This document shows positions 18,392 through 28,223 of a stretch of 55,213 bases of DNA, in pieces. Each line of letters begins with the position of its first letter. The stretch's first letter is position 1. The translations under genes and the position numbers were made by a program. The notes below the pieces were generated by a model. It was not told where the DNA came from, searched no databases, and saw only the letters and a program-made list of their open reading frames with translations. This stretch comes from Chloroflexota bacterium (GTDB taxonomy: Bacteria; Chloroflexota; Dehalococcoidia; Dehalococcoidales; JBDRCY01): positions 1 through 55,213 of the forward strand of contig JBDRCY010000025.1 in the NCBI GenBank assembly GCA_043821265.1, read 5' to 3'.

Positions 18392-19264
18392 GTGACAACT
18401 ACCGACATCGAGCCTAAGGGAAAGTCCCCCGCCGCAGGCAACATCTACCTGCCCAACGCAGCAATAATAAAAAAGATAGTGGACGAAACCACCGATACCA
18501 AGACCTTCCACTTCAACTTTAAGGATGAGAAGCTGCGCCAGGACTTCACCTTCCAGTCCGGCCAGTTTGCGCTGTTTTCTATTCTGGGTACAGGCGAGGC
18601 CCCCTTCGCCATTTCCTCCAGTCCCACCCGGAGAGACCATCTGGAGTTTGCGGTACGCCAGGTAGGCAGGCTCACCAAGGCCTTACACCGCCTCGGCCCC
18701 GGCTCCGAGATCGGGGTAAGGGGGCCCTATGGCAATGGTTTCCCCCTAGATTCACTGCAGGGCAAGAACCTGGTCTTTGTCGCCGGCGGCATTGGCCTCA
18801 GCCCGCTGCGCTCCCTGATCTGGAATGTCCTGGACAACCGGGATAAGTACAACCAAATAAGTATTATCTACGGTGCCCGCAGCCCGTCAGACCTGTCCTT
18901 CCGTTATGACCTGGCCGCCTGGGAGAAGGATAAGAGCGTAAACACGGTAATCACGATTGACAAGGAGCATGAGAGCTGGTCCGGGCGGGTCGGCCTGGTC
19001 CCCATAGTACTGGCCGAGGTAGCTCCTTCAGCCGATAATACGGTCGCCATTGTTTGCGGCCCGCCGATAATGATACGCTTCACCTTCCCGGCCCTGGCCA
19101 AACTGGGTTTCAGCCCCCAGCAGATGATAACCACCCTGGAAAAGAGGATGAAGTGCGGCTTAGGCAAGTGCGGGCGCTGTAATATCGGGAATGTCTATGT
19201 CTGCCGCGACGGGCCGGTCTTCAGCTACGCCCAGATTAAGAACTTCGTCTCCAGCGAGTACTAA
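18392..19264 (+). CDS. flxA: FlxA-like FAD/NAD(H)-binding [2Fe-2S] oxidoreductase (AsrB/HydG family)
   Basis: RGPYGNGF, AGGIGL, CGPPIM, MKCGLGKCGRC...CRDGPVF. Confidence 0.82.
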   Translation: MTTTDIEPKGKSPAAGNIYLPNAAIIKKIVDETTDTKTFHFNFKDEKLRQDFTFQSGQFALFSILGTGEAPFAISSSPTRRDHLEFAVRQVGRLTKALHRLGPGSEIGVRGPYGNGFPLDSLQGKNLVFVAGGIGLSPLRSLIWNVLDNRDKYNQISIIYGARSPSDLSFRYDLAAWEKDKSVNTVITIDKEHESWSGRVGLVPIVLAEVAPSADNTVAIVCGPPIMIRFTFPALAKLGFSPQQMITTLEKRMKCGLGKCGRCNIGNVYVCRDGPVFSYAQIKNFVSSEY

Positions 19265-19374
19265 AGCACACCCTCATATTATCCTGGATAACAGGCTACA
19301 GCACGTCGGGGCTTTAAGGATAAAGGGGACTCTCACCCGGTATCAGTGCGCTTCAGAGCAGCCGGAGCGGCTCC

Positions 19375-21342
19375 CTAGACCAGCAGGCCTTCCATCTCAG
19401 CCACAATCTGTTCGTTGGTAAAGTTGCTGAGGGTTATGGCATCGCTCGGGCAACCGGCCACGCAGGTACCGCACCCCTTACACAAGGCCTCATTAACCTC
19501 CGAGACCTTCTTCTCCTCATCAAAGGAGATGGCGGTATAGGGGCAAAGCAGGTTACAGACCTTACACCCGGAGCATATCTTCTGATTAACGGTGGCGGTA
19601 GCCGCCTCGACCTCTATCTCACCGGCGCTAATCATGGCCAGAACCCGGGCCGCCGCCGCCGAAGCCTGGGCCACCGTATCGGGAATATCCTTGGCTCCCT
19701 GACAGCAACCGGCGACAAAGACACCGTCGGTCATGGTAGCCACCGGGTCGAGCTTGGGGTGCTTCTCCAGGAAAAAGCCATCGACGCTACAGCTGATATT
19801 AAGCAGACGGCCAATATCACCCGCGTCCGGCCGCGGCTCCAGGGCCGTGCACAGGATGACCATGTCCACCGGCACCCTCATCATCTGGCATAACAGGCTA
19901 TCCTCAACACGGACAACCAGCTTCCCTTTTTCTTCATCGCTCGTTGCCCGGTTGCTTACCTCGGCCACCTTGCCCCGGATAAAATTAACGCCCTCCTCGG
20001 AGAGACGCTGGTAAAACTCCTCGTAGCCCTTGCCGAAACAGCGCATATCGATATACATCTGATAGACGTCGACGTCCTCAATCTTCTCCTTTATCAGGTG
20101 GGAATACTTGAGGGCATACATACAGCACACCCGTGAACAGTATTCATGATAGTTCTTATCACGGCTGCCCACACAGTGCACGATGGCCACGCTCTTGGGG
20201 GTAGAACCATCCTTGAGCATTATCTGGCCGCTGGTCGGCCCGGAGGCGCTGACCATTCGCTCAAACTCAAGGGCGCTGACCACATTATCCAGCCGCTTAT
20301 AACCATATTGATAGATGGGCGTGGGATCGAAGACATCGTAGCCAACAGCGACCACTATGGAGCCGACATCGACCTCGATAACCTCATCCTCCTGGTCGAA
20401 AGCAATGGCGCCAGTGAGACAGACCTGCTCACAGACACGGCACTTACCCTTCAGATAGTAAGCGCAGTGCTCCCGGTCAATAACCGGTATGTTGGGCACC
20501 GCCTGCGCGAACGGGGTGTAAATGGCCTTGCGCTTACCCAGGCCAGCATCGAACTCGCTGTCAGTCTTCCAGGGACACTTTTCCTGGCAGGAGCCGCAGC
20601 CGGTGCACTTCTCCGCATCAATGCTTCTGGCCCGCTTCCTTATCTTGGCCTTGAAATTACCGATATAGCCGGATACTTCTTCAACCTGGCTATAGGTCAG
20701 CATCTCGATATAGGGATGAGCACCCACCATACTCATCTTGGGGGTAAGGATACAGGCCGAGCAGTCCAGGGTAGGGAAGGTCTTGTCCAGCTGTATCATA
20801 TGCCCGCCGATGCTGGGCTCCTTCTCCACCAGGTAGACCTTATGCTTGGAATCGGCAATCTCCAGCGCTGCCTGAATGCCGGCGATGCCCCCGCCCACTA
20901 CCAGGGTATTGGGATTGATGGGAACCTTTCTGGTCTTGAGCGCTTCCTGATTATAGACGCGCCTCACCGCAGCGCTCACCAGGGCCTTGGCTTTCTCGGT
21001 AGCCTCCACGGGGTCTTCGGTGACCCAGGAACTGTTCTCCCTGATATTAGCCATCTGGAAGAGGTAGGGGTTCAGCCCGGCACTCTCGCAGGCCTGGCGG
21101 AAGGTTCGCTCATGCATCAGCGGGGAGCAGGAGGCCACCACCACCCGGTTGAGACCCAGCTTCTTGATATCCTCCCGGATGATATCCTGGCCCGGGTCGG
21201 AGCACATATAGGTATAATTCCGGGCTATCGCTACTGCCGGCAGCCCCTGAGCAAACTCGGTAACCTCGTTAACATCGACCTTACCGGCAATGTTAGTACC
21301 GCAGTGGCAAATATATACCCCGATCTTAACTTCGCTCTCCAT
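19375..21342 (-). CDS. hdrA: heterodisulfide reductase subunit A
   Basis: GVYICHCGTNI, VGGGIAG, KTFPTLDCSAC, HCVGSRD...CSRVCC and C-terminal ferredoxin motifs. Confidence 0.96.
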   Translation of the reverse strand: MESEVKIGVYICHCGTNIAGKVDVNEVTEFAQGLPAVAIARNYTYMCSDPGQDIIREDIKKLGLNRVVVASCSPLMHERTFRQACESAGLNPYLFQMANIRENSSWVTEDPVEATEKAKALVSAAVRRVYNQEALKTRKVPINPNTLVVGGGIAGIQAALEIADSKHKVYLVEKEPSIGGHMIQLDKTFPTLDCSACILTPKMSMVGAHPYIEMLTYSQVEEVSGYIGNFKAKIRKRARSIDAEKCTGCGSCQEKCPWKTDSEFDAGLGKRKAIYTPFAQAVPNIPVIDREHCAYYLKGKCRVCEQVCLTGAIAFDQEDEVIEVDVGSIVVAVGYDVFDPTPIYQYGYKRLDNVVSALEFERMVSASGPTSGQIMLKDGSTPKSVAIVHCVGSRDKNYHEYCSRVCCMYALKYSHLIKEKIEDVDVYQMYIDMRCFGKGYEEFYQRLSEEGVNFIRGKVAEVSNRATSDEEKGKLVVRVEDSLLCQMMRVPVDMVILCTALEPRPDAGDIGRLLNISCSVDGFFLEKHPKLDPVATMTDGVFVAGCCQGAKDIPDTVAQASAAAARVLAMISAGEIEVEAATATVNQKICSGCKVCNLLCPYTAISFDEEKKVSEVNEALCKGCGTCVAGCPSDAITLSNFTNEQIVAEMEGLLV

Positions 21343-21408
21343 ATCGGCCTCCGTAGTAAAAGCTAAAGGTCACAGCGCAAATAACGATAGTAACGCCTCT
21401 TGAGCGCG

Positions 21409-22557
21409 CTAGATGGCTTCGTCGACCAGTTCGGCGATGTCCCTAATCTGAATGGCGCTACCCTTATCCATCGTCAACACGCTATCGTCAAAGTTGAGCA
21501 GACAATAGGGACAGGCAATGGCCAGGATATCAGCCCCTACCTCAAGGGCCTGCTCTACCCTTATGTCAGACAACCTTTCACCCTTCTTACTTTCCATCCA
21601 AATCCTGCCACCGCCACCGCCGCAGCAGAAACTATCCTCACGGTAATTGGGCATCTCCACCAGCTCCAGGCCCGGGATGCTCTCTAAGACCTCCCGGGGC
21701 TCATCATACACCCCGCTGTGACGTCCTAAATAGCAGGGGTCGTGGTAAGCCACCTTCTTCTTTATCCCCCGGGTAAACTCCAGTTTGCCTTCCTTGATAA
21801 GCCCGGCTAAATACTGGGTGAAATGGACCACCTCAAAACTGGCACCCAGTTTGGGGTATTCCTCTCTGAAGGTGTAATAGCAATGGGGGGAACTGGTAAT
21901 AACCCTGACGGCGCCGGCCTCAGCGAAGGCATTTATGTTGCCTTCGGCCAGGGTCTGAAACAGACTCTCATTGCCCGCCTTGCGCACGCTCTCGCCACAG
22001 CAGACCTCCCTAGCATCCAGCACGCCAAAGTCCGCCCCCACCTTCTTAAGGACACTGGCGGTAGCCTGAGCCACCCTCAGCGCCCCCGGGTCATAGGCCG
22101 GAATACAGCAGGGAATATATAACCATTCAGTCCCTTCGGTAAAGAGCTTGACGTCAAACTTTTTCGCCCAGTCCACCCTCTTCTCCGGAGCTTCCCCCAG
22201 GGGGTTACCGACACTGGAGATATTCTTCACCGTAATACGCAGGGAGTCGGGCACCTTAGCCACCCCCACCTCGGTTATCACCCGGCGCAGCGCCTTCATC
22301 ACATCGATTATCTCCACGCCGCGAGGGCAGCGTTCCACGCAGGCCTTACAGGTAGCACACTGCCATACGTCCTCATCCTCAAAGTCCACCACGCCCAATT
22401 GCCCCTGATGCATCAACCGACGCACCAGGAAGGTTCTTACCTCGCTCCAGGGACAAGCGGCACTACAAAGGCCACACTGATAACACTGCTTAAGGGCTTC
22501 TCCACCCTCTTCCAGTATGAGTTCAGCCCCTTCTTTAAAAGGTGATACTGCTTGCAT
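21409..22557 (-). CDS. HdrD/GlpC-like Fe-S oxidoreductase (HdrC-like ferredoxin plus two CCG domains)
   Basis: CYQCGLCSAACP, CATCKACVERCP, VCCG, HDPCY, CCGGGGG, ACPYC. Confidence 0.88.
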   Translation of the reverse strand: MQAVSPFKEGAELILEEGGEALKQCYQCGLCSAACPWSEVRTFLVRRLMHQGQLGVVDFEDEDVWQCATCKACVERCPRGVEIIDVMKALRRVITEVGVAKVPDSLRITVKNISSVGNPLGEAPEKRVDWAKKFDVKLFTEGTEWLYIPCCIPAYDPGALRVAQATASVLKKVGADFGVLDAREVCCGESVRKAGNESLFQTLAEGNINAFAEAGAVRVITSSPHCYYTFREEYPKLGASFEVVHFTQYLAGLIKEGKLEFTRGIKKKVAYHDPCYLGRHSGVYDEPREVLESIPGLELVEMPNYREDSFCCGGGGGRIWMESKKGERLSDIRVEQALEVGADILAIACPYCLLNFDDSVLTMDKGSAIQIRDIAELVDEAI

Positions 22558-22723
22558 AGCGCGCCTTCCTTCTATTCTTTAGTCCCTGGCCATTCGGAAA
22601 TAACTTAGTTCGTCCCTGGGAAGGATGACAGGGGGCCTTTTCGCCCACACTTGCACCCTATAATAACACAAGTAAAAAACCAAAACCAACCTGTGCCGGC
22701 AAAGTCAGGGCACGATAAAGGCA

Positions 22724-22798
22724 TGGAGCCAGCGGAGGGATTCGAACCCACGACCCACGCTTTACGAAAGCGTTGCTCTACCACTGAGCTACGCTGGC
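22724..22798 (-). tRNA. tRNA-Thr (anticodon CGT)
   Basis: GCCAGCGTAGCTCAGTGGTAGAGCAACGCTTTCGTAAAGCGTGGGTCGTGGGTTCGAATCCCTCCGCTGGCTCCA folds as a cloverleaf with encoded CCA. Confidence 0.97.
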
Positions 22799-22865
22799 CG
22801 CACCCATTATAGCACAAAGCCCGGTAACCCTTAGCGAGGAGACGGCACCCTTACGCAAACTCATC

Positions 22866-24338
22866 CTACCACAAAAGGGGCTCAGCCTCAGCCAGCATTC
22901 CCACCATTTCATCAGCCAGCCTCTCCGCATCGCTACCGTACTCCTGCAGGAGGCTCTCCTTAGCCCACAGGGCAAAGAGATAGCGCAGGCAACGGGCATC
23001 CTCCCGCTGCGAAAGCAGGAACTCGGAGTGTTCCCGGTTGATACAGATGGAGCCGCTGTCCGGGTCATACCAGCTCCGGGACTGGGCCTTTTCTTCAGGC
23101 GGCGAGAATATCTTGATAGCCGGGATACGAGCATCAAGCTGGGACCGTGGCGTAGCCACCTTTTCCGCCGGCGACTGGGTAGCCGGCAATGTTTTCTCCA
23201 CCTTGGCCATAAGATGGCGCACCCTTCTTCTACCGGCCCGGGTAGAGGCCGAGCGGTAGGCCATGTCAGCCAGCAGCCCCCTATCACGATAACGCAAGAA
23301 CTTATCTATCAACCGACCCGCCTTGTTAAGGACCACCCCAAAGCGTTTCTCCAGAGATTCGGCACTCACCTTATCTATCGTTTCGATAACCTCTGATTCA
23401 AGGTCGCGCAGCACCGAGGCGAACGCCTGGTAGACATGGTCCTCAACCACCACCGTCTTGTCAGCGGTACGCTTTAACTGGTCACAGCGAATATAACCCT
23501 CGAGACGCTTATCCTGCCAGGGAAAGGCCTTGAAATCGTCAATATCGGTGAGCAGGCAGATGCGCACGCCGCCCCGCCCATAGAGGCTTACGGTAGCATC
23601 AGCCATGTCCCAGGGTAACACATACAACTCAACCGACACCGAACCCAGCCGCCCCATTGCCATCCTGGTGGATATAGCCTTAATGCCGCGATATCTCTGC
23701 GGGGGCACCGGCTCATACTCATCGTCATCGGAGACAGACATAGCATACAGCCCCTGCCGCAAATCGTTGGCAACCTCCCGTCCCAGGGAGTCCTTCAGGC
23801 GCTCCTTGGCAAGCTTATCGGCCACCTCGGGCAGGATATTCTCCAGATAGACAACAGTGCCCCGCCGGGAATGGGTATGACGATGGCAGTGTTCAATCAC
23901 CTCGGCCTCGCCCTTCTTGAGCCAGGAGTTTTTCATCACCAGGCAGCTGGAGGGGACACCGTCGGCAGCCGTCGAAGCAATATGTAACTCCTGGGCGACC
24001 AGAGGAAAGGCCAGTATACCGATGCCCTTCTCCCCCCTTAGTGCCAGCTTCACCTTCTCCGAATCGCCGATATGCTTAATTATCTGTTGCATCTTCTCTT
24101 TACTCATGCCCACGCCGTTATCGCTAATCACGATGTTCTTTAAGGTCCGGGGCTCCTCTGCGTCCGGCGACTCTTTATACTGAATGTTAATCGAGATACG
24201 CCCTCCGTCAGTGCCCAGCTGCTGTATCGCATCAGCCGCATTTTCCACAAATTGGCTCGCGGCGTCCTGGTGGCTGTGACATACATTGGCTAACACCTCA
24301 AAGACTCCAGGGCCGGTCTGTAGCGTCAGTCTGGCCAA
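22866..24338 (-). CDS. GHKL (Hsp90/MORC-like, HATPase_c_3) ATP-binding protein
   Basis: QFVENAADA N-box, ISDNGVGMS G1, GEKGIG G2, RGTVV, C-terminal INREH. TTG start with AGGAGG RBS. Confidence 0.82.
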   Translation of the reverse strand: MARLTLQTGPGVFEVLANVCHSHQDAASQFVENAADAIQQLGTDGGRISINIQYKESPDAEEPRTLKNIVISDNGVGMSKEKMQQIIKHIGDSEKVKLALRGEKGIGILAFPLVAQELHIASTAADGVPSSCLVMKNSWLKKGEAEVIEHCHRHTHSRRGTVVYLENILPEVADKLAKERLKDSLGREVANDLRQGLYAMSVSDDDEYEPVPPQRYRGIKAISTRMAMGRLGSVSVELYVLPWDMADATVSLYGRGGVRICLLTDIDDFKAFPWQDKRLEGYIRCDQLKRTADKTVVVEDHVYQAFASVLRDLESEVIETIDKVSAESLEKRFGVVLNKAGRLIDKFLRYRDRGLLADMAYRSASTRAGRRRVRHLMAKVEKTLPATQSPAEKVATPRSQLDARIPAIKIFSPPEEKAQSRSWYDPDSGSICINREHSEFLLSQREDARCLRYLFALWAKESLLQEYGSDAERLADEMVGMLAEAEPLLW

Positions 24339-24564
24339 GGTACACCTCCTTTATATCGATAACATAGCCTCTATTCTTGCTAAATGATATTACTACGAGG
24401 ATAGAAAAGCAATAGGATTTGCTAACTAAACGACTGCCAAGTAGACCGCAGAGGCCCGGAGAGACTATAATAAACAGGGACAACAAAATCCAGCCCGCTG
24501 AGCCAGACGGTCATATCACCGCGGCCGGCTGCCGACAAGTCGTTACCCCAGTTAAGGAAACAGA

Positions 24565-25944
24565 GTGAAAGCAAGCGACAGCCACCGCAGTGATGCCATG
24601 GGGCGGGACTCCATCGGACGATTGCTAGTCCGCTTTTCCGGGCCAGCCATAGTGTCCATGATGGTAGCCGCCAGTTACAACGTGGTCGACTCCATTTTCG
24701 TGGGACATCTCGGCCCCGAAGCCCTGGCCGCCCTGATGGTCGCCTTCCCCTTAATGATGCTATTTATGGCCATCGCTACGGCCACCGGTACCGGGGCGGC
24801 CTCCTTAATCTCCCGATACCTGGGCGCCGGAGACCGGGAGGCAGCCAACCGAGCCGCCGCTGTCACTCTCACCCTTACTATACTGCTCGGCGTCCTCATG
24901 ACCGCTATCTGTCTGCCCAATCTGGAGGCTATAATGCGCCTCTTTGGCGCTACCGGCTCCATCCTGCCTATGGCCAAGGGCTATATGTCCATACTGGTCA
25001 ACTTCGCCGTGATAAACCTGTTCGCCTTTGTGGTTAGCAGCATTATCAGGGCCGAGGGTAACCCCATGCTCGCCAGCGCCGCCATGATTGCCTCAGCCTT
25101 AATCAATGTTGCCCTGGACCCGGTCCTGATATTCGGCCTGGGACCAATACCGGCTATGGGTGTAGCCGGGGCCGCCACGGCCACGGTAATAGGGCGCAGC
25201 GTAGGGGCGGTCATCTTCCTGGTCTATTTCATCACGAAGAGGTCATCGTTCCGTTTCCAACCCGGCTATTTCCGGCTGAAGCTCCGGATAATACTGGAGA
25301 TATACCGCGTGGGGTTAGCCTCACTGGTCCGCATGGCTGCCGGCTCCGCAGTCATGGTTATAGGCAACAGGATTGCTATATCCTTCGGGGTCATACCCCT
25401 GGCCATTGTCGGGGTTCTCCTGCGCTCCGCCAGCTTTGCTTTTATGCCCTGTGTCGGCCTCGGCCAGGGGGTACTCCCGCTGGTGGGCTATAACTTCGGG
25501 GCCAAACAGCTAGAGCGGGCCGGCGAAGTGGTCACCAAGTCCGCTCTAGCCGGCCTTATCTGGGGGACAGCGTGCCTCATGGCTGCCATGCTATTGCCCT
25601 CCCAAATCATATCCCTCTTTAACACTGACCCCCAGTTTATAGCCGAAGGCACCCGGGCCTTAACTATATTTGCCATCTCCTTCTTTACTGTGGGCATCCA
25701 GATACCCCTGAGCTTCTTCTTTCAGGGAATCGGCAGGGGAATCGCCTCCCTGGTACTGGCCTCATCCCGCCAGATTATCTTCCTTCTGCCCTGCCTCCTG
25801 ATACTGCCCTGGCTGTTCGGGCTAACCGGACTGTGGGTTGCCTTCCCCACCGCCAATATCCTATCAGCTCTACTCACCCTCATCTGGACTATCGTCGAGT
25901 TTCGCAAACTACATATACCCATTCGCTGGCGTTCACACCAGTAA
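24565..25944 (+). CDS. MATE family efflux transporter (MepA-like)
   Basis: YNVVDSIFVG, RAEGN, NVALDPVLIFG, GVAGAATAT, about 12 TM segments. Confidence 0.94.
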   Translation: MKASDSHRSDAMGRDSIGRLLVRFSGPAIVSMMVAASYNVVDSIFVGHLGPEALAALMVAFPLMMLFMAIATATGTGAASLISRYLGAGDREAANRAAAVTLTLTILLGVLMTAICLPNLEAIMRLFGATGSILPMAKGYMSILVNFAVINLFAFVVSSIIRAEGNPMLASAAMIASALINVALDPVLIFGLGPIPAMGVAGAATATVIGRSVGAVIFLVYFITKRSSFRFQPGYFRLKLRIILEIYRVGLASLVRMAAGSAVMVIGNRIAISFGVIPLAIVGVLLRSASFAFMPCVGLGQGVLPLVGYNFGAKQLERAGEVVTKSALAGLIWGTACLMAAMLLPSQIISLFNTDPQFIAEGTRALTIFAISFFTVGIQIPLSFFFQGIGRGIASLVLASSRQIIFLLPCLLILPWLFGLTGLWVAFPTANILSALLTLIWTIVEFRKLHIPIRWRSHQ

Positions 25945-26058
25945 TGCCCGGCTTTACAAACAAAACCGCCTGGGCTATGATACTGAAGGACACGCCACCA
26001 CGTAGACAGATTCCGTAAGGCCGAGCCAGGCGGCTACTGGCAACCGGGGGACTATCAC

Positions 26059-26757
26059 ATGATTAAAGCAGTCTTTTTCGACCTATACCATACACTGGTC
26101 CACTACGAGCCACCCCGGGAGGAACTCCTGGCGAAAGCGCTCAATGAACTCGGCGTGGACCTAAAGCCAGCAGACTTAAGCCGACCCCTGGTCATCGCCG
26201 ATGAATTCCTGTATGCCGAGCATGCCCGCCTCCCGATCGGCAAGCGCTCACCCAAAGAAACCATGGCCCTGTATTCACGACACGCGGAGATAATGCTCAA
26301 GGAGGCCGGCAGAGAGGTCTCCCCACAGCTTATCGGCGACCTGACGGCTAAATTCAGGCACTTCAAGCTCCAGATGGTACTCTTCGACGACGTTATAGGG
26401 GCCCTGACCGACCTAAAGGGCCGAGGGCTAACACTGGGCCTCCTCTCCAACGTAGACAAGGATATATCACCCCTCTGCCAGAAATTGGGATTAGCCCCAC
26501 TGCTGCCGATAGTAGTAACCTCACAGAACACAGGCTTTTACAAGCCGGGGCCGGAAATATTCGCCGAAGCCCTGCTGAGAGCCGGGGTCCCGGCCACGGA
26601 AGCGCTATACGTGGGCGACCAGTACCAGGTAGATGTCATCGGGGCCAGTAAAGCGGGCATGAAGGGCATCTTCCTGGACCGGGGCGGCCACTTTGAGCAG
26701 ACCTACGACTGCCCCCGCATCCGAAACCTCAACCAGATAGTTGAGCACCTGGAGTAA
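26059..26757 (+). CDS. HAD-superfamily hydrolase
   Basis: FFDLYHTL, LSN, KP and VGDQYQVD motifs. Confidence 0.92.
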   Translation: MIKAVFFDLYHTLVHYEPPREELLAKALNELGVDLKPADLSRPLVIADEFLYAEHARLPIGKRSPKETMALYSRHAEIMLKEAGREVSPQLIGDLTAKFRHFKLQMVLFDDVIGALTDLKGRGLTLGLLSNVDKDISPLCQKLGLAPLLPIVVTSQNTGFYKPGPEIFAEALLRAGVPATEALYVGDQYQVDVIGASKAGMKGIFLDRGGHFEQTYDCPRIRNLNQIVEHLE

Positions 26758-26765
26758 ATATAAAC

Positions 26766-28223
26766 TCAGGCAGTGGCACCCTCTTTCTCCAGCACCGACC
26801 ACAGCCGGTCGGGGGCCCCGCCGAAGTACTGCGGCCACTGTGCCTCAACCTGCTTCATCCTCTCCCGATGGGGCGCCGCCAGTTCATGGTCCCAGTCCTC
26901 ATCACGGGTGGCGTCAATACCCATGCGGGAGATAACGGTGCCGCGACTGGCCTTTCTGCCGATGGTATCAGCCTCGATGCTCTGTGCCACCTCGGGAATG
27001 ATGAAAACATCCCGGCAGGGCGAAACATGCGTGGCCATAACCCACTCCACCTGACTCAGGTTAAAGGGGTCAACATCATCATCCACCACCACTATAGTGT
27101 GTACGTTGGGCCTCATCGCCCAGATGGCGTCCATCACCTGCAAGGGCTGCCCCGGATAGGTCTTAGAGATGGAGACAATCATATGCTGGCAACAGGAGCT
27201 TAAGGTAGCATTAAGCGCTCTCACCCCGGGCAGGATGCGTCTCAGGTTGGATAGAATGGCGGCAGAACCCGCCACGTGCGGTATATAGCTATTCTCCGCC
27301 GGTGGCGAGGGGTAGGCCACATAGATGAACGGAAAAACCGGCGCCCGACGACGGGTAATCGCGGTTACCTCAATTACCGGCTGCGGCGGCGGGCTTTTTA
27401 CATAGAAGCCCCAGAAGTCGGAAAAGGGGCCGAAGGTCTCCCTTAATTCGGGCAGCATCCGGCCCTCGATAACCATCTCGGCATGGGCGGGCACATTCAG
27501 GTCAACGGTCTTACACTTCACCACCTCTACCGGCTCCCCCCTTACCGTGCAGGCCACCTCCAATTTGTCACGGCCGTAGGTTATCGAGGCCCCGGAGAGC
27601 ATATGCAGCACCGGGTCAACACCAATAACCACCGCCACCTCCAGCGGTCTACCCAGCCTCTCCGCCTTGTCAAAATACTGCCGCACCCGCCTGATTGGGG
27701 CGATAAAGCTGGCCAGCTTCCTTGAGCCGGTAATCTTAACGTAATGCGCCCCCAAGCAGTAATTCCCGCTGTCCGGCTCCTTGGCCATCACCACCCCGGA
27801 ATAGATCGCCGGGTCAGTCTCCAGCTCACAACCGAGCATACCGGGCACCTCCTCCAGCAGGTTGACCCCCTCCCCCTCGATGACCACCTCCTGGCAGGGG
27901 GCTTCGGTCACCACCCTGGGCTGGATACACCTTGCGGAGGCGAGACTATCGGCAATCTCACCGACCAGGTCCTTCATGGTGGCCGCTGGCGGCCTTCCCA
28001 GAGCGGTGAGGACATTCTCCACCGAGCCGTAGAGGTTGCCCACACCCGGCATAGGGTAGCCCTTAATTTTTTCAAAGTAGACCGCCATGCCGGGGCAGTC
28101 CCTCTGCGCCTTCATTAGAACGCAGGCTACTTCATGGGCCGGGTCCACCTCCCTGGTTATCCTGAGCAGCTTGCCCTGATTTTCCAGAATAGAAATTAGT
28201 TCCCTTAAATCACCAATGGGCAT
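26766..28223 (-). CDS. UbiD family (de)carboxylase, non-canonical
   Basis: DLRELI...REVDP, VPAHAEMVIEG, GPFSD, VVVDDDVDP...VEW, MGIDAT. ATG at 28223 follows GAGGGGG. Confidence 0.9.
   Translation of the reverse strand: MPIGDLRELISILENQGKLLRITREVDPAHEVACVLMKAQRDCPGMAVYFEKIKGYPMPGVGNLYGSVENVLTALGRPPAATMKDLVGEIADSLASARCIQPRVVTEAPCQEVVIEGEGVNLLEEVPGMLGCELETDPAIYSGVVMAKEPDSGNYCLGAHYVKITGSRKLASFIAPIRRVRQYFDKAERLGRPLEVAVVIGVDPVLHMLSGASITYGRDKLEVACTVRGEPVEVVKCKTVDLNVPAHAEMVIEGRMLPELRETFGPFSDFWGFYVKSPPPQPVIEVTAITRRRAPVFPFIYVAYPSPPAENSYIPHVAGSAAILSNLRRILPGVRALNATLSSCCQHMIVSISKTYPGQPLQVMDAIWAMRPNVHTIVVVDDDVDPFNLSQVEWVMATHVSPCRDVFIIPEVAQSIEADTIGRKASRGTVISRMGIDATRDEDWDHELAAPHRERMKQVEAQWPQYFGGAPDRLWSVLEKEGATA

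Noticed and set aside
16338-19264. Anaerobic sulfite reductase asrAB or sulfhydrogenase beta/gamma subunits
   Set aside because: No asrC and no intact hydrogenase subunits. The mvhD-first order and adjacent hdrA fit FlxDCBA.
19270-19370. Minus-strand RVRVPFILKA after hdrA as a decayed second mvhD
   Set aside because: Only ~10 residues of weak similarity to GRVDPxFILKA, which is not enough support.
15920-21342. Selenocysteine recoding in MvhD or HdrA
   Set aside because: The relevant positions are ordinary Cys codons and both ORFs are uninterrupted.
20146-21366. Long antisense ORFs (406 aa here; also 35819-36871, 37400-38236, 40822-41697, 51013-51948, 8984-9790)
   Set aside because: They lie opposite well-supported genes in GC-rich DNA and carry no recognisable motifs, so they are shadow ORFs.
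22724-24338. tRNA-Thr as integration site of a defence island carrying the GHKL gene
   Set aside because: No integrase, no duplicated tRNA 3' end seen, no nuclease or methylase neighbours, and the gene lies on the tRNA 5' side.
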